IMG/VR virus record: IMGVR_UViG_3300037475_000240
Coordinates: 32,001-96,000 of that record
Direction: 5' to 3' (one strand)
DNA from: a virus
Length of the DNA: 64,000 nucleotides
Part shown: positions 49,927 through 57,498 of the stretch, in pieces
How the letters are laid out: each line of letters begins with the position of its first letter
Position numbering within the stretch: the first letter of the stretch is position 1
Translations under genes and position numbers: made by a program
Notes under the pieces: model-generated
The model's input: only the letters and a program-made list of their open reading frames with translations
Database searches by the model: none
What the model was told of the DNA's origin: nothing

Positions 49927-51125
49927 TTTTCGTTTTCCTCTTTATATTCTTTATAAATTTCCATAGCCAATTCTATGTAATCTGATCGCTTACTATCTTC
50001 TATATAATTTTCAGCATATGCTTTAATAGCTGAAGTTACATCCATCTTAGTATCAATTTTATTATTAATGTTTCTTTTAACTAAAGAAATCTTTTTAGAT
50101 TCTGAGATGGATGAAATATTAAATACGCCCAACTCTAATAAATATTTTTCAATCAAAGATTTATTAACGGAATCAAGCTCTGGAGCAGCCAAAGAAAGTT
50201 CTAACTTAATTATAGATTTATTAAGATCTTCTTTTTTACCCTTAATCTCATCAATAACATATTGAGTTGGATTTTTAGTATCTTTAGGAATTGTTATAGA
50301 ATATTTTTTTAAAGTACGTGTTGGTAAATCAATTAAAACAAAGTCATCTGACTCTGAATCACAATCAAAAATAACTATACTCTTTGTATGATCTGTTTCA
50401 CCAAAATTAGAAATATCCATACTTCCAACATGAGCAATATAAGGTTTCTTTTTTTTCATCACTTGTGGTTTATGGACATGCCCCATCCAAACATAATCAT
50501 AGCCTTCAAACATATCTGTTGGACAAAATAGCTCATTAGTAATATCATCAATTTCATCGCCGACTGGAATTGATCCTTCTATAGCTAAGTGTCCAACTAT
50601 AACTTTTTTATAAGTTATTGGTATACCTGCCAACTCATATACTAAAGAATCCTTTAATAAAACCATTGCTTCTGCATTTGAGGTAGTCCCAAAAGATTTT
50701 CTATCTCTAAACGGCATTAAAGTGAAAGCTGTTGTTCCAATAAAAACAGTATTAATATTTTTATGAACAGTTACGTTTGGTAGATCTACTTCTCCAATGA
50801 TATCTAGACAAGATGTAAATACTGATCCACTACGTAACATATCATGATTGCCTAAAATAATATGCACATTAACACTATTAGTTTCACATTTCTTTAACCA
50901 AGAAATAAAAACTGCAATAAGTGTAGGATGTGGTTTAGGATCTTCAAATATATCGCCAGTAATAATGATATCATCAATATCACGATCAATAGCTTGATCT
51001 AAAGTCCAATCAAGTAAATTTATTTGATCAACAATTCTACTATTTAAATTTGCACCAATACTTGTTTTTCCGATTGAAATCGATTTTCCAAGATGTACAT
51101 CGCCTAAAATTATAACTTGTAGCAT
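49923..51125 (-). CDS. sbcD: SbcD/Mre11-like nuclease (gp47-like)
   Basis: GDVHLG, TGDIF, LGNHD, GH, MGHVHKPQ, GS. Confidence 0.9.
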   Translation of the reverse strand: MLQVIILGDVHLGKSISIGKTSIGANLNSRIVDQINLLDWTLDQAIDRDIDDIIITGDIFEDPKPHPTLIAVFISWLKKCETNSVNVHIILGNHDMLRSGSVFTSCLDIIGEVDLPNVTVHKNINTVFIGTTAFTLMPFRDRKSFGTTSNAEAMVLLKDSLVYELAGIPITYKKVIVGHLAIEGSIPVGDEIDDITNELFCPTDMFEGYDYVWMGHVHKPQVMKKKKPYIAHVGSMDISNFGETDHTKSIVIFDCDSESDDFVLIDLPTRTLKKYSITIPKDTKNPTQYVIDEIKGKKEDLNKSIIKLELSLAAPELDSVNKSLIEKYLLELGVFNISSISESKKISLVKRNINNKIDTKMDVTSAIKAYAENYIEDSKRSDYIELAMEIYKEYKEENEK

Positions 51126-51742
51126 GGTGAATAAGAATCTATTATGTAAATAAATTTACCAATAGTTGACTTTAATCTTTCATTATTAGTTAACTTGTGT
51201 TTATGGTTCATCTGATCATATAACGAGCAAATATGTTCGATAAATACTTCCGATTTTTCGTCAAAATGAGATTGACGAAAAATTCTCACAGCACTAGAAA
51301 ATTTTATCATTAATTCAAGTGTTTCTCCAACATCTTGAATATCTAAAAAATTAGAATCATCAAATGATGATTCGAAAAGTGATAATATTTTATGGGCAGC
51401 ATCTACTTTAGATGTTCCTTCTAATTTACAAACAAAATCTGTTGTCTTACTACCTGCAGTACAACCATAGCAATAAAAACTATTTGTTTCTGGAAAAATC
51501 TGAAATGATGGAGTTTTTTCCCGCCCACCTTTATGACTTTTAAATGGACAAATTATTTTAGTAACGCCTGAAGTTAATTTAGGATTATAATATTTAATAA
51601 CTCGATAAATTGAAACGCTATTAGCTTGAGCTATTAATCTTTGATAATAGTCTTGTCCTGTAAAAGCGCCTGCAAGATCTCCATCCTCCCAAGATGTCTT
51701 GCCTTCACTATCGGATCTTCTGGAGTTTGATAATTCGCACAT
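51110..51742 (-). CDS. CHC2 zinc-finger protein (primase Zn-binding domain)
   Basis: ICPFKSH..EKTPSF.IF...FYCYGC. Confidence 0.8.
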   Translation of the reverse strand: MCELSNSRRSDSEGKTSWEDGDLAGAFTGQDYYQRLIAQANSVSIYRVIKYYNPKLTSGVTKIICPFKSHKGGREKTPSFQIFPETNSFYCYGCTAGSKTTDFVCKLEGTSKVDAAHKILSLFESSFDDSNFLDIQDVGETLELMIKFSSAVRIFRQSHFDEKSEVFIEHICSLYDQMNHKHKLTNNERLKSTIGKFIYIIDSYSPCYKL

Positions 51743-51813
51743 GATTGTGAATATTTACTAAAAATTTCCTTTTCTTCGGCAAAAAGATTTAACAATACTT
51801 GTTTGGTTATCAT
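51634..51813 (-). CDS. 59-aa hypothetical protein overlapping the CHC2 gene start
   Basis: Not in ORF track: MITKQVLLNLFAEEKEIFSKYSQSC...KARHLGRMEILQALLQDKTIIKD*; ATG 6 nt after the upstream stop. Confidence 0.5.
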   Translation of the reverse strand: MITKQVLLNLFAEEKEIFSKYSQSCANYQTPEDPIVKARHLGRMEILQALLQDKTIIKD

Positions 51814-51819
51814 AACAAC

Positions 51820-52323
51820 TTATTCATTAGTTTTAATACCGTCAAGAGGCAACAATTCTTTTACAATAGATTTTAAATTATTATTTTCTAACTTTTTCTC
51901 CAATAAAGAGATTTTATATTCTAAATCATTAATTTTATTATTTTGAGATAAAGAAACTTTTAACAATAAAGTTATCCACCCTAAAGATCCCATTCCCTCT
52001 TGTTCAGCAGGATCATTATTAATATCTATAGCTAACTGTACCATAGAGGTAATAATTTCTTGTTCCATTTCACGAACAAATAAACTTTTATTTTGTTTTA
52101 AAGTTTTATCTTGAAGTAATCCAATATATTTTTTAGATAGCTCCGCACCATCAGCTCTATATCCAGATAATTTATCTTGGGTTTTTTTAACTCTATTGTC
52201 TAAATCTTTCTGAGTAGGTTTTTTAGGCATATCATCAAAAATAGATTTTTGAGAACTTGCTTTTTTTAAACCCGATTTTTTAGGAGGTAAAACTTCTTCT
52301 TGTGATTCTTCGTCAAATGGCAT
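51820..52323 (-). CDS. hypothetical protein
   Basis: 167 aa, AGGA RBS. Confidence 0.65.
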   Translation of the reverse strand: MPFDEESQEEVLPPKKSGLKKASSQKSIFDDMPKKPTQKDLDNRVKKTQDKLSGYRADGAELSKKYIGLLQDKTLKQNKSLFVREMEQEIITSMVQLAIDINNDPAEQEGMGSLGWITLLLKVSLSQNNKINDLEYKISLLEKKLENNNLKSIVKELLPLDGIKTNE

Positions 52324-52331
52324 ATTAATCC

Positions 52332-52616
52332 TTAACCAATTGGTTGTTCAGTATAAGAAATAGCAAGAAATCTTCCTGCATTTTCTACTTTATAAGAAGA
52401 TCCTAAAGCATTTTCAAGAGCAGGTAAAATAGAAGACACTGTATATGTAACATATAATTTACTTGGCTCGATTGATGTTGGAACACAATATTGATTAACT
52501 AATTGATTTGGTAAGGTAAACATATTAATTTGTTTATCCTTAATTTCTTCCCAAATTTTCTCAGCATTTGTCTTTGCTTTACTTTCGCCTTTAACTTTAT
52601 TTTCTTTATTTTCCAT
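52332..52616 (-). CDS. hypothetical protein
   Basis: Likely start MENKENK at 52616 (GGAG RBS). Confidence 0.6.
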   Translation of the reverse strand: MENKENKVKGESKAKTNAEKIWEEIKDKQINMFTLPNQLVNQYCVPTSIEPSKLYVTYTVSSILPALENALGSSYKVENAGRFLAISYTEQPIG

Positions 52617-52641
52617 AATCTCTCCAAAAAAAATGATAGTA

Positions 52642-52950
52642 TCAAGATTTACATATATCAACAAACGCCGCTTTAATTACTGAAGTTAATATTAATCCTT
52701 CTAAACGCTTAATTTCTTTGCCATTATTTAAAATAATGATAGTTGGAATAGAACTAATTCCAAATCTTTTAATAAATGGTTTAAATCCATCAACATCTAC
52801 AGCAAAAAAATCTATATCTTTATATTTTTGTTCCATTTTAGAAACCATATTAACCATCTTTTTATGATATGGCATCCATGATGCATAAAAATATAATGTT
52901 TGAAGTTTTGGTTTTAAAATCAATCCTTCTTCTGAAGATAAGAATAACAT
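52642..52950 (-). CDS. thioredoxin-fold protein lacking CxxC
   Basis: YFYASWMPYHKKM (WCxxC replaced by WMPYH), VDVD, ISSIPT cis-Pro loop, GKEIKRLEG. Confidence 0.75.
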   Translation of the reverse strand: MLFLSSEEGLILKPKLQTLYFYASWMPYHKKMVNMVSKMEQKYKDIDFFAVDVDGFKPFIKRFGISSIPTIIILNNGKEIKRLEGLILTSVIKAAFVDICKS

Positions 52951-53192
52951 TAATTATCCGTATTTTTTTTAGTAATGGTTCCCAAAGTTTCCAATAATTT
53001 ATCTAAGTCTCCAGGTACCTGAGCCTTTTGCAAAATAGCTTTCAATATATTATTGGAAACTTCTTTAATTTCAACAGAAAATTCTTCGTTAGTAAAGTAT
53101 CCCTTACGAACTAAAATATTTTGCATAGATTGCAATCTTAAAATTGCATCAGCAACCAAAACATCACTTGTTGTTTCTTTTTTATCAGACAT
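52950..53192 (-). CDS. hypothetical protein
   Basis: 80 aa, GAGG RBS. Confidence 0.6.
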   Translation of the reverse strand: MSDKKETTSDVLVADAILRLQSMQNILVRKGYFTNEEFSVEIKEVSNNILKAILQKAQVPGDLDKLLETLGTITKKNTDN

Positions 53193-53729
53193 TTAACCTC
53201 GGCAACATTTTTTGTATTTTTTACCAGATCCACAATAACACGGATCATTAGGTCCGATTTTTGATTTATTAATAATAGATTCTGGTTTTTGTAAAATATG
53301 ATCTATAAATAATATTGAGTTTAAGTGATCTATCTCATGTTGACAAACTACACCTAATAATCCGGTAATTATAAGTCTTTCAGATTTAATGAAATTATTA
53401 GTAATATGAACTTCATTAAATCTAGTTGTATCCTCTACTCTTCCAGGAAAAGATAAACATCCTTCTTGCCTAAACATAAGCGGATCAAATCCAGCATCAA
53501 TGATAGGATTAACCAAATTAATATTTAAATCACTAACATTGCCTAATCTAACAATAGCAATTTTTTTAGCAACCCCGATTTGGGGTGCAGCTAAACCAAT
53601 ACCACCTTTACCTAATCTATTGGCATTAGCAAGTTCACTCTCCAAAAGAGCAACTAATTCACCAACTTCTCCTGGTAAAACCTCTTCACATTTTACACGA
53701 AGAGCCTCTTCATTATTTATGATAATCAT
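53193..53729 (-). CDS. def: peptide deformylase with C-terminal SEC-C motif
   Basis: GIGLAAPQIG, EGCLS, QHEIDHL; KIGPNDPCYCGSGKKYKKCC. Confidence 0.92.
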   Translation of the reverse strand: MIIINNEEALRVKCEEVLPGEVGELVALLESELANANRLGKGGIGLAAPQIGVAKKIAIVRLGNVSDLNINLVNPIIDAGFDPLMFRQEGCLSFPGRVEDTTRFNEVHITNNFIKSERLIITGLLGVVCQHEIDHLNSILFIDHILQKPESIINKSKIGPNDPCYCGSGKKYKKCCRG

Positions 53730-53756
53730 ATAAATTCTATATATCAGGCGTTAATT

Positions 53757-53963
53757 TTATCGCTTACACGACCCGCAACCACCAAATTTATGTTTTGTTG
53801 TTACTGAATTTTGAATTTTCTTTAAACATGCAGAACATTGCTTTGCCGTAGCTGAACAAGTATCACAAATTACACAAATAGTATTTGTAACGGATGACTG
53901 GCATCTCATGCAAACTTTGTTGGTATATTGATACGATAACTTAGTACAACCTTGACAAAACAT
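53757..53963 (-). CDS. small Cys-rich zinc-binding protein
   Basis: Five CxxC pairs in 68 aa. Confidence 0.6.
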   Translation of the reverse strand: MFCQGCTKLSYQYTNKVCMRCQSSVTNTICVICDTCSATAKQCSACLKKIQNSVTTKHKFGGCGSCKR

Positions 53964-54009
53964 ATTAAACTCTTATTAATATTATAATATTAATAAAGAT
54001 GGAGGTTAC

Positions 54010-54159
54010 ATGTTTCCGTTTTATCCATTTATTTACGAAAAATATAAAAAAGAAGAATTTCAACAAATCCCACTTTATATAGAGGATTATTTTCCTTTAG
54101 AAGAGATTAAAAAAGAAAATATTGAAGAGGAAACTATAATCATAATAGATTTACTATAA
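54010..54159 (+). CDS. 49-aa hypothetical protein on the opposite strand
   Basis: Not in ORF track; GGAGG RBS; MFPFYPFIYEKYKKEEFQQIPLYIEDY...ETIIIIDLL*. Confidence 0.6.
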   Translation: MFPFYPFIYEKYKKEEFQQIPLYIEDYFPLEEIKKENIEEETIIIIDLL

Positions 54160-54387
54160 TTATTTTTTTATAGAATCAAGAATTTCTTTAGCTTCATTAA
54201 ACAATTTTTCTGGATTTAAAAAATAAGATTCTACAATTTGACGTGCTTGACGATAATCATCAGCTGGGTCAGATTTATCAAGACATGCTTTGCAAATTTT
54301 AAAGTTATTAGACAAAGCTATGCTTTCTAATTCATCAACGTTAAACTCAGAGGCACATACTATGCAATTACAGCTTACTTGTTTCAT
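54160..54387 (-). CDS. small zinc-finger protein
   Basis: CIVC...CKAC. Confidence 0.6.
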   Translation of the reverse strand: MKQVSCNCIVCASEFNVDELESIALSNNFKICKACLDKSDPADDYRQARQIVESYFLNPEKLFNEAKEILDSIKK

Positions 54388-54519
54388 GGTCAGTCCTATA
54401 TATCAGAGAGACTATTTATTATTCGTAAATATTGAATGATATTCAGGATAATAATAAATATGACCATTTTATATATTTCTATTAAAATAGGTAAATTTGT
54501 TTATTATTAAACACTTAAC

Positions 54520-55032
54520 TCAATTTGTTCCCAAAAAATCGTCCCAACCATCGTGCCAATATTCTTGCGGATCAGCAACATAAAGTGCAGAAGAAAAAGA
54601 TGGATGTGTTGCTTTTTTCAATAAAACCATATTTGCTTGTTCTGGAGTTCTATCTGCTTTTGTGTTATTGCATATTTGGCAACAAACTACACAGTTTGTA
54701 AAAGATGTAATTCCACCTTGTGCTCTTGGAAGAACATGGTCAACCGTTACTTGTGATGCAGTTAATTTACGAGCACAATATTGACAAGTTGAACGATCTC
54801 TTTTAACCAAAGCTTTTCTGCTAAAATTAGAGTTAAAGTAATGTCTTTTGACTGGATTCTTTAATCTTATAATCGCTGGATGCATTATCTTCTCTTTTCC
54901 CCAAGCAATACTGTCTTCCCAACTAGAAACGACTTCAACTTTATCTTTAAATAAAAGTTTAAATACTTTTCTTTCTGGAATAAAAGAGATAACTTCATAG
55001 CCTGCGCTTAATAATAACGTTTTTTTAGACAT
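54520..55032 (-). CDS. HNH endonuclease (McrA-like)
   Basis: LLLSAGYE, PAIIRL, FSR..RD..CQYC, TVDHVLPRAQGG, NCVVCCQICNNTK. Confidence 0.88.
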   Translation of the reverse strand: MSKKTLLLSAGYEVISFIPERKVFKLLFKDKVEVVSSWEDSIAWGKEKIMHPAIIRLKNPVKRHYFNSNFSRKALVKRDRSTCQYCARKLTASQVTVDHVLPRAQGGITSFTNCVVCCQICNNTKADRTPEQANMVLLKKATHPSFSSALYVADPQEYWHDGWDDFLGTN

Positions 55033-55077
55033 AATATTTTAATAATTCCTTTAAATTAAAGGTCAAGTGGATCTAAT

Positions 55078-55749
55078 TTATAATAATTTAGCGAGAGAAA
55101 CGGTAATATCTTCACCATTACAGACTTCATTTCCTATACAAGTCCAACCACTAAGCTCACGGCGAGCAAAGATTTCTAATTTTTCAACGTCTGGAAACAT
55201 GATTTCCAAAGAATTTTGAAGATGGTCAGGCTTTTTAGAATGTTTTAAATTCTGATCTAATGATACAGAGCGTTGTGACTTATTTTTTAAAAGCTTATAT
55301 ATTTTGTTATTGCTAACGCCTATTAAACATATTTCATGAGTTTGTCGAAACAATCTTCCCATGCCAAATGCTAAGGTTTCATTTAATGAAAAACCTTTAA
55401 ATATATTTTTAATATCTAATTTTTCTTTTTTTAAATCTTTAATAAGAGATTTTAACAAAGAAATAAGTGGCTGTTTTTTAGTTTTAACCCAGATATAAGT
55501 TTGTTTATGTTTAAATCCCCATGCCTTCATAACATCTAAACCTTCTTGTAATAAAGAAGAAGGAACCCATAAAGCCAAAATGGCGCCATCAGGAGACGTT
55601 ATTTCTTTAACTTTTAAATCTTTAATTTGATTAACAGTCATAGTATTGTAATTAGCCAATGCACCACGTGCTACATCTGACATTTTAAGTGTATCAGAAA
55701 ATGACCAAGCAGGATCTGCAACAATAACTTGAAATTTCTTTTTACTCAT
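55078..55749 (-). CDS. MT-A70 family adenine methyltransferase
   Basis: VIVADPAW (DPPW-like), LALWV, AWGF, WVKT, GMG..FRQTHE, HSKKP, LEIFAR, GNE. Confidence 0.85.
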   Translation of the reverse strand: MSKKKFQVIVADPAWSFSDTLKMSDVARGALANYNTMTVNQIKDLKVKEITSPDGAILALWVPSSLLQEGLDVMKAWGFKHKQTYIWVKTKKQPLISLLKSLIKDLKKEKLDIKNIFKGFSLNETLAFGMGRLFRQTHEICLIGVSNNKIYKLLKNKSQRSVSLDQNLKHSKKPDHLQNSLEIMFPDVEKLEIFARRELSGWTCIGNEVCNGEDITVSLAKLL

Positions 55750-55781
55750 GATCTAATTTATATCAGATCGTCTTAAAGAAT

Positions 55782-56519
55782 TCACTTAATAATCATAACA
55801 GGTAATTCCAAAGGATTAACTGAGCCATCAACTATAATATTGTTTTGAGGTATATCTATTTTATCTTTTGTAATAGGATCTCTTTTTCTTACAATTATAT
55901 TATAAGTACCAATTGGTAAAGATGTCATCCATTTACCAGTACCATTTGTTTTTAATTTTTGAACAACTTCAATACTTGAAGCATCTATAATTTCAACTTC
56001 TGCAAGAAAAACTGATTTTCCATTTTTATCAACAACTCTTTGAACAATAGAAACTACACCAGATCCATGATTAGAAATTATATTGGATGGCGGAATAATA
56101 CTTGGTATTTTTTTATTTAAATTTATTGCCTCTTGTGGTACAACAATTTCAACATGATTTCCTTTAGGAACTTGAACAGGCATTTTTGTATGTTGTTCTT
56201 TTTTATTTGGTTTCTGTAAATAAGAATTATCACCAGAAAATGTTTCTGGTCTTGATGTTCTAGAAAACCCTTTCTCACTTGGATTACTTGCCATGGATAA
56301 AGATTGTTCTGAATTAATTTGTACAGTTGTAGTAGTGTTTACTGTTTCTGCCGTAAATGTAGGAGGAGCTTTATTTTCTGATAAAATAGATAATAATTTA
56401 TTAAGTTTATTTGATAAAATTTTATCAGACAAATCTTTACTTCTAATTAAATTTATTAGAACATCTAATTTTTGTTCAACAGATAAAAGAACATCTGTTG
56501 CTTTTCTTTGTTCTGACAC
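55782..56519 (-). CDS. hypothetical protein with C-terminal prealbumin/carboxypeptidase-regulatory-like beta domain
   Basis: RVVDKNGKSV..AEVEI..KTNGTGKW..LPIGTYNI; GTG start with GGAG RBS. Confidence 0.6.
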   Translation of the reverse strand: MSEQRKATDVLLSVEQKLDVLINLIRSKDLSDKILSNKLNKLLSILSENKAPPTFTAETVNTTTTVQINSEQSLSMASNPSEKGFSRTSRPETFSGDNSYLQKPNKKEQHTKMPVQVPKGNHVEIVVPQEAINLNKKIPSIIPPSNIISNHGSGVVSIVQRVVDKNGKSVFLAEVEIIDASSIEVVQKLKTNGTGKWMTSLPIGTYNIIVRKRDPITKDKIDIPQNNIIVDGSVNPLELPVMIIK

Positions 56520-56528
56520 AAATTCTCC

Positions 56529-57134
56529 TTATCCTAAAAATACTCCAACTTTAATTTTAATTCTTTTAATAACAATTAAATCTTCTTCTGGAACAGGAAC
56601 CCCATCACATAAATTATGCTCTCCAAAAATTAATGCTCTAGTTTCATCTTCAATTTGATCTATTGGACCTGAACAAATTGGTTCACCTTTAACCAAAAGA
56701 AGATAGGAATCAATCTCTAAATCTTCAACAACATTTAACAAATCATCAGAAATAACTTGATTCCTATCTATTCTTGGTGAAATACCAACAGCATTTTCTG
56801 TATAAAATTCATTATTATCAATAAGCTCTTCAGTATCTTGATTAAAAACATCATCTAAAATATTTCCATCTAGTGATGCCCAAGTTTGCCCCATACCAAC
56901 ATTTGGTAATGGAATTTGCTTAGGAATCTCAATCTCTCTGATGCCTGGTTGTCTATTTCGATTGGCAGCTTCAGAAGGAATTGCTATTGGAGTATTTACT
57001 GGAACATCCCCACCCCTATATTCTTGCGGCTCAATACCAAGAATTTGGTATTGAGGAACATATGGCTGAACAAGTTCCGAATTATTTCTCAGCTTATTTT
57101 TATAAATTTTTATACCTTTATTCATAAACTCCAA
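56529..57134 (-). CDS. hypothetical protein
   Basis: ~200-aa acidic ORF. Confidence 0.6.
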   Translation of the reverse strand: MEFMNKGIKIYKNKLRNNSELVQPYVPQYQILGIEPQEYRGGDVPVNTPIAIPSEAANRNRQPGIREIEIPKQIPLPNVGMGQTWASLDGNILDDVFNQDTEELIDNNEFYTENAVGISPRIDRNQVISDDLLNVVEDLEIDSYLLLVKGEPICSGPIDQIEDETRALIFGEHNLCDGVPVPEEDLIVIKRIKIKVGVFLG

Positions 57135-57135
57135 A

Positions 57136-57465
57136 TCAATCTAAAGCGTCATTTTTGAATTTATACTTAAGTCCCTTAAATTCAAGTTCTTTCATTTTTC
57201 TGATAGACTCATTACGCTTTCTTCTGCGTTTATCAGAGGGTTTCTCATATGTCTGTTTATCCTTATAGACTGAGAGTATTCTCTCCTTCTGGACTAGGGC
57301 TCTAAAAGCTTTCAAAGCTTTATCAAAGTTATTATTATACACCTTAACTTCTAATGGGCGAGCTTGCAACGGTTGAATGTGTGCAAACTTATCTTGGCTA
57401 ATAGATTCACCCCCTTTCAATGCCTTTTTGAAGGGTTTCTTACTTCTATAATTTTCTTTACTCAT
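57136..57465 (-). CDS. rpsU: ribosomal protein bS21 with N-terminal extension
   Basis: LEVKVYNNNFDKALKAFRALVQKERILSVYKDKQTYEKPSDKRRRKR; likely ATG 57465. Confidence 0.85.
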   Translation of the reverse strand: MSKENYRSKKPFKKALKGGESISQDKFAHIQPLQARPLEVKVYNNNFDKALKAFRALVQKERILSVYKDKQTYEKPSDKRRRKRNESIRKMKELEFKGLKYKFKNDALD

Positions 57466-57498
57466 TCGTATCAACTAACCTATATTTAACTTTCGTTA

